64,000 nt of DNA from the human T2T-CHM13v2.0 reference genome, Homo sapiens, in assembly GCF_009914755.1 (NCBI RefSeq), contig NC_060928.1, one strand, 5' to 3'. Positions 1-13,661 of this stretch are shown piece by piece (position 1 is the stretch's first letter; every line of letters starts with the position of its first letter). Made by a program: the position numbers and the translations under genes. The notes beneath the pieces were generated by a model that was not told the DNA's origin, did no database searches, and worked only from the letters and a program-made list of their open reading frames with translations.

Positions 1-748
1 CAGTGGCTGATGGGTACAGACTATGTTCTTAAGCTCTCTTGCCTTCTGGCTTTCAGATGGATTCAGTCAACAGCAAAGACTAGCAAGACAACACCCTAAC
101 CCCACCCCACCCCCAGGAATGTGATGATCTGGTTATATCCCTGGACCTAGAGGCACAGCCCTATCAGGAAGCTCTCTCTGTCTCCCTCTCCCTTCTCTTC
201 TCCTTCCCTCTTCTACCACCCCTCTTGAGGCTCATAGTTTTAGGCCTACAGGTGTTGATGTGGTTTGGCTGTGTCCCCACCCAAATATCATCTTGAATTG
301 TAACTCCTACAACTCCCACTTGTCATGGGAGGGACCCAGTGGGAGGTAATTGAATCATGGGGTTGGGTCTTTCTTGTGCTGTTCTCGCTATAGTGAATAA
401 ACCTCATGAGACCTGATGGTTTTAAAAAGAGGAGTTCCCCTGCACAAGCTCTCTCTCTTTGCCTGCTGCCATCCATGTAAGACATAACTTGCTCCTCCTT
501 GCCTTCTGTCATAATTGTGAGGCCTTCTCAGTCATGTGGAACTTTAAGTCAATTAAACCTCTTTTTCTTCCCAGTCTCAGGTATGTCTTTATCAGCAGCG
601 TGAAAATGGACTAATACAGGTTTTAACCATTTAGGTACCATAACTAATCTTAGTGTACTTCCTACACTGGTGTAAATTGTCCCATATTAAATGTTATTAA
701 ATGTCCCAGCTGAGTGTGTCTTCTCTCTCTTCCTGGGTTTCTGATAGA
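1..748 (+). mobile_element. LTR33-like ERVL LTR remnant, split by THE1A
   Basis: Degenerate matches to recalled LTR33 ('ctctcttgccttctggcttt', 'aggcctacaggtg', 'tgtaaattgtcccatattaaa', 'gagtgtgtcttc') on both sides of THE1A; boundaries approximate. Confidence 0.5.
256..618 (+). mobile_element. THE1A-like MaLR solo LTR
   Basis: Starts TGATGTGGTTTGGCTGTGTCCCCACCCAAAT, ends GGACTAATACA; ATTAAA poly(A) signal; 5-bp TSD ggtgt/ggttt with 1 mismatch. Confidence 0.9.
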
Positions 749-884
749 TCCACTCTATCAGACCCACTCTGGCCACCAGCCGTCTTTTCCATTGACTAGA
801 GGGATGTTACTTGAAGGATCAGTTTTTAGTGGCACCAGATTTATGTGGCAATAAAATTTGAAAATAAATAGGTTTGGGGTCCTA

Positions 885-1065
885 CTGACTTGGATTAAAA
901 TTCTGGCTCTCCAGAAAATACTAGCCTTGTGGCTTTGAACAAGATACTTAGCTCCTCTAAGCATTAACTTGCTCATCTATAATATGAGTAAAACTACTTT
1001 CCCCATAGGAGCATTTTAAGATTAAATAAAATATCATGTAAAAGGATCTAGTATAATGATTCTCA
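885..1065 (+). mobile_element. MIR remnant
   Basis: Core-like 'tttgaacaagatacttagctcctctaagcattaacttgctcatctataatatg'. Confidence 0.6.
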
Positions 1066-3408
1066 ACAATGAGAGTATATCAAGGTATATCAGTGGTATT
1101 TTTTGAATGTGCATATGTCATATACATCCCTAGAGGTTTTCAGTTCAGTGTGAAGGGCTGGTATGTATGTGTTTATATGAAGCCGGGAGTGGTGGAGGAG
1201 ATGCAGCATCTCTTTAGTTACCTTTATGGCTGAATGTGATCCTAAGCAAGCATGAAATTCAACACCCTAATACAACATAGTATATAAATAAATGTTGTTT
1301 TTTTTACCCTTTCTGTCAATATTTTGCTATACTTTAACCAAAAGCCCCCATCAAAGGAATCTATGATTTTCATTCCCAATAATGACTAAAGGATTAAACT
1401 GCAAATATCTAAGCAAAGCAACTTACATTAAGGATAAATAAGTGATGAAAAAAATAATTTCCTGTTTATTGGCAGGGCAACAGAGAATTAGATAGAGTTA
1501 CTCAGGCAGAGAAGCAATAATATCAAAGTGAAAGACAATTCAGAAAGAGAGTACTAGATACTACCAAAGTAAATGCCTTATTCTATTTGTTTCTATTCAC
1601 TGGGAGGAAGAAAAAAATGCTTAATGACAATAGAATGTAACATTTGTGTCTTGAAAACTAACTGGTCTTGCAGTGCAAGATAGAAGATTAAGGAAGCCCT
1701 CTTTGAAGAAGAGATCAATGAATTCAGCTGAGAATTTTGTACCCACCATGTGCCAGACATAGTGCTAGGTTCTGGAGGAGACACAACTATGGATAAGATG
1801 AGCTTTCTGCCTGATGAAGTTCATAGGCTTTCTCCAACTCCAAGTGGGTGAGGACAAAAAGATGCAGAGAAAAGATTTTACATGTGTGTAGAATGATCCC
1901 TATAATTTTCTGGGAAGATGAACTAAGATGCACTCCATACCAAATGGGTCTAACTGAATTTCCTACACTAGCTTTTTTTTTTCTTTCACTTTTTACTTTC
2001 AAATTTTCTTTGCCACCTTCGAAAAAGTCATCTATATCCCTGTCTTCTCCTCCCTCTTGTCTTTCCAATGACAAATAATATGGGCCAGGGCATGGTCGGA
2101 AATAGAGTCTATTAAAGAATAGTATTTTATAATTATACAGTGTTTGAAATGCTTGGGATATTTTAGAATATCTCTTTCTATAGACTTCAAGAACTATGAA
2201 GAAAAGGGGAACCTGAATTTACTGTGATTTTAAGAGCTTTAAAAATAAAAAGAACTTAAAATAGTTATACACATTAATTAGAATTAAATATATATTAACA
2301 TATAACATATATTCATGTTATATATATGTTTTATATATTTTTATATATATATATATTCATGTTCTTTCACATTTTGCTAATCCTATTTAATACAATATCT
2401 TTAGGCAAGGTGAACTCCCAATCAGACCAAACAGATTCGGAGGTTTATATAATGACTTAAAAGAGAATGCTTGGCTTTATTTTGTGTACATCTTTGAAAG
2501 AATAGAATAATATGACTGCTCTTTGTATAAATCATTAGGGATCACTAATAGTCTTTTTTGGATTTATGCTATCAGTTTTAATTGCTATCCATTTAAGCAT
2601 ACTTTAAATTATTATTGATAACTTAGTAGATTTAAATTGGGACTAAGATACAATAACTTAAACTGATTTAGCTGCTTTTTATGACATGAAATTGAGAAAA
2701 ATTAATTAGGTAAATAATGATTACTCTAGTTGCCCAGTTTTCTTGTGGATGCCCGCTAATTGCAGGCTTCCAGGGATAATTTAAAACTTTAATTTTATAT
2801 TATTTTATTCAGTGGCCCAAAGCCACTTGACATGCTTTAAGCACCACATGAATGATAATTTAAATATCACCAACTAGTGAATATATGGGAACAACATGAC
2901 TATTAGAAATGTCTCTGTGTCTCTTCAACTAGTAATAGAATCAAATATATACCTGAAACATCTTCCTGAAAGCACTTTGCCCTGTGAGTTAGAGCACCCA
3001 ATATACTTGGTTTAAAAAAGAAAATATAATTGTGTTTTGGTGATCTCATCAGCTAGGATTTCTTCCATCATATAAAGAACTCATCACCATTTATTGAAGT
3101 GTAAGCAACAGATTAGTGAATAAGCAAGTCTCATATTAACCTAAGATTTATCTGTAAAAAAAAAGAGTTAATTATTTTAAATAGTTAGATAAATAGGTAC
3201 ACCTAGAAACTTTCAAATATTGGAACAATTAATCAACTTTTCATTTGATTATTTGCTATTAAATAAACTAGGATATCCATCCAGGAATGCTCCATCCATT
3301 GAGCATTTGTAAATGGCAAGTACAGTCTTAACTAGGAGATCTGCAAACCAGCTACCTAGGTCATGCCTCTCCAATATTATTTTTGAAGAACAGTCAGTAT
3401 ACATACAT

Positions 3409-3440
<32 letters not shown>
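3409..3440. repeat. (CA)n microsatellite
   Basis: About 15 CA units. Confidence 0.95.
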
Positions 3441-3442
<2 letters not shown>

Positions 3443-3920
3443 AGATGCATTTATTATGCTGAAATTTTTTCATCACTAGGGGAATAACCTTGGAAGATCT
3501 GGGTTTGAGCCTGGTTCAGCCACTCCAACCAAGCAAGAACTTTGTGTTGGTCAGGTAACCTCTCTAATATTCGGTTCTTTTTGGTTAATATTTTGGGGTT
3601 GTCCCCTAAGTTCTTTTATGTTATAAGAGTCTGTAATTCTAAATGATATAATGAATAGGAGGAGATTTTCCAAGCTGTAAAATTCTGATCAAATATTAAG
3701 CATTAAAAGGTTACCATGAATAGAAATTACCACAGAACAAGGAAACAAATTCAATTACTACTATGGTATTTCAAAGAATTTTAGGGGTCAAGGATAATTT
3801 TCTGCAAGTTCACTGACAGTAAGTATAGTCCTAGAAAACATTATTAATTTATGTCTGTTTAATTACATCTATTCTTACTGGTGAATTGCCAGCAAAAAGA
3901 ATGATACTTAAGGCCGCATA

Positions 3921-5753
3921 GTGCAGACTGTCTGGGTTCACATCTCAGTTTTAAAACCTACTAGATCCCTCTCCCTCTCCCTCTCCCTCTCCCCATGGTC
4001 TCCCTCTCCCTCTCTTTCCACGGTCTCCCTCTCCCTCTCTTTCCACCGTCTCCCTCTGATGCCGAGCCGAGGCTGGACTCTGCTGCTGCCATCTCTGCTT
4101 ACTGCAACCTCCCTGCCTGGTTCTCCTGCCTCAGCCTGCCGAGTGCCTGCGATTGCAGGCGCGCACCGCCACGCCTGACTGGTTTTCGTATTTTTTTGGT
4201 GGAGACGGGGTTTCGCTGTGTTGGCTGGGCTGGTCTCCAGCTCCTAACCGCGAGTGATCTGCCAGCCTCGGCCCCCCGAGGCGCCGGGATTGCAGACGGA
4301 GTCTCCTTCACTCAGTGCTCAATGTTGCCCAGGCTGGAGTGCAGTGGCGTGATCTCGGCTAGCTACAACCTCCACCTCCCAGCCGCCTGCCTTGGCCTCC
4401 CAAAGTGCCGAGATTGCAGCCTCTGCCCCGGCCGCCACCCCGTCTGGGAAGTGAGGACCCTCTCTGCCTGGCCGCCCATTGTCTGGGATGCCAGGAGCCC
4501 CTCTGCCCGGCTGCCCAGTCTGGGAAGTGAGGAGAGCCTCTTCCCGGCCGCCATCCCATCTAGGAAGTGAGGAGCGTCTCTGCCCGGCTGCCCATCGTCT
4601 GAGATGTGGGGAGCGCCTCTGCCCGGCCGCGACCCCGTCTGGGATGTGAGGAGCCCCTCCGCCTGGCAGCCGCCCCATCTGAGAAGTGAGGAGCCCCTCC
4701 ACCCGGCAGCCGCCCCCTCTGAGAAGTGAGGAGCCCCTCCGCCCGGCAGCCGCCCCATCTGAGAAGTGAGGAGCCCCTCCGCCTGGCAGCTGCCCTGTCT
4801 GAGAAGTGAGGAGCCCCTCTGCCTGGCAGCCACCCCGTCTGAGAAGTGAGGAGCCCCTCCGCCCGACAGCCGCCCCGTCCGGGAGGAAGGTGGGGGGTCA
4901 GCCCCCGCCCGGCCAGCCGCCCCGTCCGAGAGGGAGGTGGGGGGGCGCCTCCGCCTGGCCGGCCAACCCGTCCGGGAGGTGGGGGGCACCTCTGCCCGGC
5001 CGCCCCTTCTGGGAAGTGAGGAGCCCCTCTGCCCGGCCACCACCCCATCTGGGCAGTGTACCCAACAGCTCATTGAGAACGGGCCATGATGAAGATGGCG
5101 GTTTTGTGGAATAGAAAAGGGGGAAAGGTGGGGAAAAGATAGAGAAATCAGATTGTTGCTGTGTCTGTGTAGAAAGAAGTAGACATGGGAGACTTCACTT
5201 TGTTCTGTACTAAGAAAAATTCTTCTGCCTTGGGATTCCGTTGATCTATGACCTTACCCCCAACCATGCGCTCTCTGAAACATGTGCTGTGTCCACTCAG
5301 GGTTAAATGGATTAAGGGCGGTGCAAGATGTGCTTTGTTAAACAGATGCTTGAAGGCAGCATGCTCGTTAAGAGTCATCAGCACTCCCTAATCTCAAGTA
5401 ACCAGGGACACAAACACTGCGGAAGGCCACAGGGTCCTCTGCCTAGGAAAACCAGAGACCTTTGTTCACTTGTTTATGTGCTGACCTTCCCTCCACTATT
5501 GTCCTATGACCCTGCCAAATCCCCCTCTGCAAGAAACACCCAAGAATGATCAATAAAATAAAAAATAAATAAATAAATAAAAACCTACTAGATTTGTTAT
5601 TCTAAGCAAGTTGCTTACTTTCCTTGGGCCTCAGTCTCCTCATGTTTAAACGTCAAATAGCTTTAGCTAGGATTAAATTACCTAACATATATATTAAGTA
5701 CTTTAAAACAGTCTGGCATGTATAAATGCCGAAAAATGTTAATTACTATTATT
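3921..5753 (+). mobile_element. MIR split by the SVA (about 3921-3966 and 5580-5753)
   Basis: 'cagactgtctgggttcacatctcag' before the SVA; 'gcaagttgcttactttccttgggcctcagtctcctcatg...aaatgttaattactatt' after it. Confidence 0.7.
3967..5579 (+). mobile_element. Full-length SVA retrotransposon (SVA_C-like, B-D range)
   Basis: (CCCTCT)n hexamer, antisense Alu-like region, GC-rich VNTR (~4420-5055, repeated 'gagaagtgaggagcccctccgcc'), SINE-R, AATAAA and A-rich tail; perfect 14-bp TSD AAAACCTACTAGAT at 3953-3966 and 5580-5593 at a TT/AAAA L1-endonuclease site. Confidence 0.97.
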
Positions 5754-7929
5754 CAATGTAAATATCCATGTGCTAATTGGCCATGACATGGTCAATTTGT
5801 TCACTTGAATACTGAGAGTACTGATTGGATAATTGTAATGTTTCCACACTGATTCTGGGTCTGCACGTAACACCTATGCACATATGAATTGCAGACAGGT
5901 CTCTTAGTTTCTTGTGTTCTTAAATTTTTATCTATTAAAAATGAAATTAAAATAGAAATATCTAGTCGCATGGCTATGGTAAGAAGCAAATGAGATAATA
6001 TATGTGAATGCAATTTGTAAGCTGTAAAGTTCTATACAAAGTAAACTATTAGTTTATAGTCAAGAATCATCTATCACACATGTAGATTTGAGAGGCTATG
6101 AAATATTACATTTTTATGTTCAAAAGGGTATTTAAGAAAATAAAACACAAAGGCCCTGGTATAAGCTATCAAAAATGTGTGAATTAAGAGCAGTAGTAAA
6201 AAACATTATATTAAGTAAAATGTCACAAATAGAAAATATCACAATAGGCCCAAACTTGTAAAACTCAGCAAAACAGGGCTTTTGATCAATTCCCTTGGGC
6301 TTTATTATATTAAAATAGAAAAGTGGAAAAGATAGCTTTTCCCAGTCATTTGAATAGATAATGAGGTACAGAAACTAAATGTCAATATTTTTGTCTTTAA
6401 AAAGGCTGCATGATTTCTGGGTAGTTCTAGGTGTGGGGATGTTTTTAAGAGTATTTCTATATTTTTTCCTTGAATACACAAGCATTTCCAAACAAAGTCT
6501 ATGTACACAGCTGCACATTTGAAAAAAAAAACTTTTCATTTTAATCTCTTTACCTGCCCAGTGATGATAAAACATGATAGGTATGTAAAATGTGTCTGCA
6601 ACAGTCACAATTCCTAGAAGGGAAATTATCCTTTAATAGTACTAAACTCAATGATGTGTGAATGGTTATGTGGTACTTAAACAGAATGAACCAATCTATC
6701 TTAAATATTAGCACCACACGCTTCTAAATATTAAGCACTTGAGTCAAAAGGGAAAAACTCCATTTTGATTTCACAAACATTTACTGAGCACCTACTATAT
6801 ATAAGGCATAGTGTTAGCTACAAGGGTGGGGACACACACACATGTGCACACACACCTGCACAACCACAGTCCCTGATATCAAGTAGTTCAGGCTTGGGGT
6901 GACAAGTGCAGATGTAGCTAAAGTGTGAATAGGGCATGGATGAGGGAGCAAGGAGTAAAATAAAAAGAGGCTGATTTGTGATTGGAGTGAGCTAAGGAAT
7001 GGGGTCATTTTTAATTAATCAGTAAAACTGCCATGCTACATTGAAACTTACAGGTCATAGAGGAGACGTCTTCATCTTAGAGTTGAAGACAAATGAATAA
7101 AATTAATTTATATGTGAGGAAAAATTGAACTCATTTATTTATGTTTTCTATAATTTCCATTAGCATTACTTAGCCACTTTTATGAATGAAAGAGTATAAC
7201 AAAAGAAAAGAAAAGAAAAGAAAAAGAAGAGTGACTTGAAAAGAGAAACATGGTCATATTCCTTTTTTCATCCTGACATGGTCATCCCCAACCCACTCTT
7301 CTGATACTCCCTGAACTTGTTAATTTTTATCATATTTACCTACTCATAGTGTGGCTCTCAGTCTTTAATTGTAAACTCCTCAAAAGCAGAAACTGTGCTT
7401 TTCTATTCTGTCATGGTGCCCTCATCAGAATAGTTGCTTAACAAAATTAGTAAAACTATTTTCATGCCTCTGAATTTGTATAGTATTTAATACTAATTAC
7501 ATCACTCACTTGGAAGTTAGCGTTTACCATCTTTCAGGTTAGTAAATATTCATTTTGATGTCCACAGAGTAGTAAGAATTCTCCCACCACCCACACATAA
7601 AAATTAGTCCCGAGGTCACACTTCTGGTGTCCCATATCCCTCAGAGTTTATAATTTCCATGAGGGCTTAGATGGCATGTATTACTCAGACAGTTCAGGAG
7701 GCTGATTTGTATTATCACTGATTAAACAATACTATAATAGTAATGTGCATAAGCAAATGTAATGCAGCATAAGAAAAGAAATATCAGAGAAAATATAATG
7801 TAGCATGAGAAAAGAAGTGCCACAGAAAATATATTTGTTTAGTGAGACATATATTAGAAGAGGTTTCCAAAAATAATTTTATTGCCTTTCTCTCATTCTA
7901 CAAATCAGTATCTTCCTATGACTCAGTTA

Positions 7930-8600
7930 TTTCCGTAAACCATGCGCACATTCACCTTTGGCTATCCAATGGATTTATCTCTTATTTTCAAACACTTGTC
8001 ATGTCTTATCAATTCTACCATTACAGCAACTGTTGAATCTATTCATCTCTGTTCCAATTTCCACCACCTATGACAGGTTTCTTATTATTTCTCATTATAT
8101 TTCCTAACCAATTCTCTGACTCCACTTTAGTCCTACTTCAAACTATTCTCAACGCCATTGCTAAATATATATTCCTAAAACCTAATTCCATTAAGTATAT
8201 CCTTGTTCAAAAACCTTCTAAATAGTTCCTCTAGCACATACGATAAAATTTGATTGTGACATCTTGGCTTTGGAGACTATCTTCAGTGTAACACAAATAA
8301 CCCCAGCCCATATTTTAGTGCTCCCCATTTGGTGACTCCAATATACTTGTTTCTGGTGAATGCCTCGCTCTACCAATGCTGGCTTTTCTCTGGACTGCAT
8401 TCTTTTCTTGCCCATGCCCCTTTTAGCTATCCTTCAAAGCCTAATCCGTATGTTGCTTTCAGCATAAAACTTCTCATTATCATATTTGGATGTAATTCCT
8501 TGTGATTTCCTGCTTTTTTTTTTTTAATAACCCATAGTTGTTTGTTTTAATCCATCTCAAGGTACTGAGCCTATTTTGTCTTAAATAATGGTTATTTCTG
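7930..8600 (+). mobile_element. L2 (LINE2) 3' region remnant; its tail appears to continue after the LTR1 (~9520-9630)
   Basis: Degenerate L2-like motifs ('ccttgttcaaaaaccttc', 'tatccttcaaagcctaatcc', 'catggctaggctcataag...aactgaattaaatgaa'). Confidence 0.5.
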
Positions 8601-8684
8601 TACTCAGTTTAACTTTCATCCCTGTGTTCTGCCCCACCACACACACACAAACACACACACAAAACACATACACACTAATATAGT

Positions 8685-9512
8685 TAATACTGGAGCGGGA
8701 CAGGGAAGTGCTGGGAGGAAAAGGGCGGGGTCCCTGGCAAGGTCTCCACCTTCGGGCCTGTGCCCACAGATCTAGGTAAAGACAGGCACCCCTGTTTTCG
8801 TAGCCAAATGTGCATTTTCCAAGACTACTCTGGCCTGTCACGCCCCAATCCTGGGCCTATAAAAACCCCAAGACCCTAGCCGGCACAGACACAAGAGGCT
8901 GGACATCGAGAAGAACACACTGGCAGAACAGCACACAGGTGGCGAGGAGCGAAAGAGCACACCGACAGGCACTGGCAGACGCCAGCAGGCCATCAACTGG
9001 GGGAGCGATGTGGCGGCGGCTGAGGGGAATTTGGTGGAAGCAGTCAGAGGAGAATTGCGTCGCCTTACTCCAGGCAAAAAACACCTTTCCACTGCATACC
9101 CCTGCTGGCTCCCCATCCATCTGCAGAGAGCTACTTCCAACACTCAGTAAAAACTTGCACTCATGCTCCAAGCCCACATGTAACCCAATTTTTCTGGTAC
9201 ACCAAGGCAAGAACACTGGGATACAGAAAGCCCTCTGTCCTTGCGATAAGGCAGAGGGTCTAATTGAGCTGATTAACACATGCCGCCTACAGATGGCAAA
9301 ACTAAAAGAACACACTGTAACGTGCCCTCTGGGGCCTAAGGAGCTGTAAACATTCACCCCTAGACGCTGCTGTGGGGACGGAGCCCACACTCCCCACGAC
9401 CTGCCCGTCTGCATGCTCCCCCTAGGGGTTTTGAGCAGTGGGGCACCGAAGAAGTGAGTCACCCCCGCATCACATGCCCTGCCAGGGGGACAAGGGAATT
9501 TTTCCCGTTTCA
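8685..9512 (+). mobile_element. LTR1-family (ERV1, HUERS-P2-type) solo LTR
   Basis: Matches recalled LTR1 'cagggaagtgctggg...gggcctataaaaacccc...'; ends CCCGTTTCA; TATA box near 8858; perfect 4-bp TSD TAGT (8681-8684 and 9513-9516). Confidence 0.85.
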
Positions 9513-10722
9513 TAGTCACTTATGGGATAGAGAGTTTTTCCTTTTCGTCTTGGTATTTCCTGAAGCATCACCACATGGCTAGGCTCATAAGAATTCAGTA
9601 ACCATTTATCTAACTGAATTAAATGAAATTAATATTATCTACAAAATATTGTCTAAGCACACAGGGGATTACTTTATTCCTAGAGAAGTTTCTTTTTGTT
9701 TTATTTTATTTTGTTTTAACCAAAATATATAAACCCAAGTGTAACTCAGCTTGAGGAGTGTAACTCAGCTTAAGGTGTGTAACAAAAGCAAAGAAATGGG
9801 GGGAGTCGAAGATAAACCATTTAGCAGTGAGTCATAAGAAGAGCCTCACAGTCTCTCTAGTTAATGAAAATATTCCTTTGGCAAAGTTCCTACCTTATCC
9901 CTTTTAGTTTATTAAAGAGAAATAAATTACTTGAGAACCACACATAATGTGGAAAAATAATTTTCTTTTTTCTGCAGAAGAACACTACCTCACTTACATG
10001 ATTGCACCTCATGCTCGTAGTAGAAAACATATTAGGTGTTCATTTGTCCTCTCAGAAGCCTTTATCACATGCAAAGTTGTTACAGACACCTTGCAAGAGC
10101 TCTTCATTTAAAACTCATTTCTTCATTTCCCCCATGGAAGCTAGGATTCTATCCACATTCACCCTTCTCGTGCTTAAATCAAAAACAAAAACTCCACACA
10201 AAGATGCCTAGGCTCCTTTTGGAATCTGGAATGAAGCCTGCGGAACTACTCCCTGCTCCTTCCAAGGTTCCCACGTCTGAATCTACCATTCTTTATCACT
10301 GACATTGGCAAAGTTGTTTTTCACATGCCCAGGTAGCAACCTTCTAATGACCTTCTTTTTTACAAGTATATGTTTTATGAGAGGGATGATTTATTTGGTT
10401 TTCTAATTTGTGAACACAAGCCTATGCTTGCTTGTTTCACATCTATAAAATGTGGATCATAACACCTACAAGGTGCTTGGCAAGGATTAATGAGATGTTG
10501 TCTCTACAACATGTCTGGTGGCTCCGGGAGGGAAAAAGAAGGCACTCTGTTAATATAGGTTGGGGGTACACTTATGAGGGCTGTGTATAACAAATTTATA
10601 TGAACATAAAACCACGCTGGTTGTAAATTATTGTCGCCTGTTATGCAATACTAAACAGCTGCCTTAGACCTGAGGAAAAATCTCTCAGTGACAATAAGGG
10701 AAGCAGAGGTTGTGGAAGAGGT

Positions 10723-10763
<41 letters not shown>

Positions 10764-11285
10764 CATGCACACACAAAAAAAAAACAGTCTAACACTCTTG
10801 TGTTGCAGGAGCAGCAACAATTGCCAGCAGGAGCCATAGTTGAGTGGATTTTTATTTATTGGATCTCTTCAGATCTTAAGTGCCTGCCTGCCAATAAATG
10901 TTTTCAAGTATTTCCAACAATCCTCAGCCATATGCAACTTCTTGTAGCTGCCATACTATTGAATATGAGTGCCGCTTCTTTTCACTTTGAAATTTATAAA
11001 AGTGTGCCTGTTAAGGCAGCAGCTCGGTGCAGAATCATCATGATGAAGGAAAGATGAAGGCATATATGTGCATAGCAGGGTTTAATTTCATTTCATAGTA
11101 CAATAAAAAAGTGCCCAGCTTTTGAATAGAGCAGAATTGTGCTTGATGTGAAGTTCTGACATGTATTAGCTAGGTGTCAAATGTGTCTTTAAGGTTCATT
11201 TTCCTATTCTGTCTAAAAAGGAATAGAAATACGGCACCTCCGTCCTAGGGTTACTTTAAGTCAAGATAAATGTGAGGAAGTCCTT

Positions 11286-11748
11286 TGTAGTAGGCTAAAA
11301 AGTGGTTCCATAAAAGATAGCAGGCCCGAATCCCTGGAACCTGTAAATGTCACTTTCCATGAAAAAGTCTTTGTAGAGGTAATTAAGGATTTCGAGATGG
11401 TGAAATTATTCTGGATTATCCCACTGGACCCTAAAGTCAATCAGTGGTATCCTTACAAGAGGGAGGTAGTGAGAGATCTGATACTTACAGAGGAGAAGGG
11501 GGCAATGTGTCCATGGAATCAGAGGTTGGAGTGATGCAGCTACAAATCCTGGAATGTCAGCTGCCATCAGAAACAAGCAACAAATTTTTCCCTAGAACTT
11601 CTCGAGATAGTGTAGCCCTGCTGACACCTTAATTTTAGCCTAGTGAAACTGACTTCAGACTCTGGAGTCTGTGAGAGAATAAATTTCTGGTTTTGTAAGT
11701 CACCAAGCTTATGGCAATTTGTCATAGTAGCCAATAGAAACAAATACA
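11286..11748 (+). mobile_element. MLT1C/D MaLR solo LTR, inserted in a MIR remnant
   Basis: 'aatccctggaacctgtaaatgtcac', 'gagagaataaatttctg', ends 'aaacaaataca'. Confidence 0.85.
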
Positions 11749-12409
11749 AGTGATTTAGTGTAATTCCTGGCCCTTGGTAGATATTGAGTTATGTCATCTT
11801 ATATAAGTGAACATAATATTGTCCTTAATAACTGGATGATATTGGATCTGAATTGTAGAATCTTAACTGTTCTATTAAAATAAAATATTTTGCAGGCTCT
11901 ATCGAATTATCTTCCTGTTTCTTTAAGCTCCTATAGTAGTGATAAGCCCAGAATATTGTACTGCAAATCATTCTACTTTGTGGGTATCCCTAATGTTAAA
12001 AAATTCCTATACTCAGCCATAATTTGTCTCCTCAAATACTGCCATTCACTAAATCTATTTCTACCTTCTGGAGCAACATAGAATGAATCTATTCCCTGCT
12101 TTCAACTAAAGGTCCTTAATATTTTGGAAAACAATTATCATATCTAGTCAAAGTTCTCTCCAATTATATAGATCAACCATTATTGGAATAACGAGGTTAA
12201 TAGGGATAGCCACTTCACCTTATCTCTGTTCCCATAAGACTCCATTTTCTCTTTCTACAAACATTCAAACATAGCCACCCATCTACCCATTCCAACATGC
12301 ATGCACACACACACACAATCACAGAACTGTCTCTCTCTATAGCCGACTCTACACACATTTCCAGAACCTGATCATTCCTTGTCATTCTAGTCTCATGTTT
12401 TTACTGCCT

Positions 12410-13020
12410 TTGGACATCGTCTAAACTTCAAAAAAATCATGTCAAAAAATAACTTCATTATTCTTTTTCTCTTAAACCAGTTCCTCCTCTTATGCTTTCT
12501 ATTTTCCTATTTTTATAGAAGCACCACAGTCTTCTTAATTACCCAGGTTTCAAATCTCAGAGTCATTTTCGCTATTCCAATTTCTACCCCTCTACTGATT
12601 CCCTCCCCCAGCAAACAGTTATCTAGTCCTCTTGATACTTTGATAATACCTCAATCATTTTCCTCACCTTCAGTCTTCACTCTCATGGTTTTGATCCCCA
12701 TTAACTCTTACTGAATCAACTGTAATAACCTTCTAGAAATCCTTTCATCTCTAATCTTTATATCCTTTTATCCATACTAAACAAAGATGTCAGCAACATT
12801 GCACTGAAACATAGCTCTTATTATAGCACCTGTTCTCAGAAAACCTGAATGGCTTTCAGAAACATATCCAAATCTTTTAGCTCCACAGACAAGACTTTCC
12901 TCCCCCTAGTTCCAGCTTAAAGTCCACACTTCATTTTCTATTACTCTCACCCTTCATTCAAGTCAAATTGGAGAAATTAATATTAGCCTAAATATCACAT
13001 GCATTCCTGTCTTTAATTCT
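12410..13020 (+). mobile_element. L2 remnant
   Basis: 'tctaaacttcaaaaaaatcatgtcaaaaaataacttcatt', 'caggtttcaaatctcagagtcatttt'. Confidence 0.5.
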
Positions 13021-13661
13021 TCACCTATGTGAATGATAGGTTGACATCTGTTTATAATGATACTTGTTTAGATGGAGTAAATTTCTTATTGGCTGTGTTG
13101 GTATGTGTGTCTGAGAATATAGGTGGTGCTCTATCTATCTTATATGACAGACCCTAATCGCCAGGCTAAAGTACTATATTTATAACCTAGACTTGGCCAA
13201 TCATAATGCCCTACCAAATCAGCCCCCTAATCTACAGTAACGATGAGGGTTGCAAGGTAAATAATCTGGGTGACTCAATAACATGAAATCTCTGGAATAC
13301 TTCAAACTGTTCATGAGGGGAAAGAATGAGAATGCCCTTACATCTTTGGCCAAAAAGCTCTCAGATATGACTGTAGGGGACTAAGTCCCCCAATCCCAAC
13401 TACAGTAGGGGAGAATGAGAGCTGAAAGGGAATCCTAACAGTATTTGGATGTCTGGTTCAGTGATTCCTATGATCAACTCCACTGTTGGACAAGTATTTT
13501 AGACCAAATAAAATAAACATTTTATAAAACAAATTTATCTTATAAATGTAGGTATTTTATTAGATGCAAATACCCTTGAAATATAACAGACCTCTCTTCC
13601 TGAAACAAGTTGAGTGATGTGCTGTTTGTATTTGTTATTGGAGAACTCTAACACTTAATGC

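Noticed and set aside
4620-4880. Regularly spaced ~40-bp direct repeats, superficially CRISPR-like
   Set aside because: Units are near-identical along their whole length with no unique spacers and no cas genes; this is the SVA VNTR in primate DNA.
4363-5073. 236-aa ORF and overlapping ORFs with repeated 'GGAPHFS/EGLLTSQ' motifs
   Set aside because: Translation of the GC-rich SVA VNTR, which is poor in stop codons; not a gene.
8810-9519. 179-aa and 220-aa ORFs on opposite strands
   Set aside because: Essentially confined to the LTR1 solo LTR; no gag, pol or env motifs.
9961-10190. Splice-like signals: + strand acceptor 'ttttcttttttctgcag', and a minus-strand acceptor/GTAAGT pair bounding about 9998-10173
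   Set aside because: No recognisable coding frame and such motifs are frequent by chance; cannot be called an exon without RNA data.
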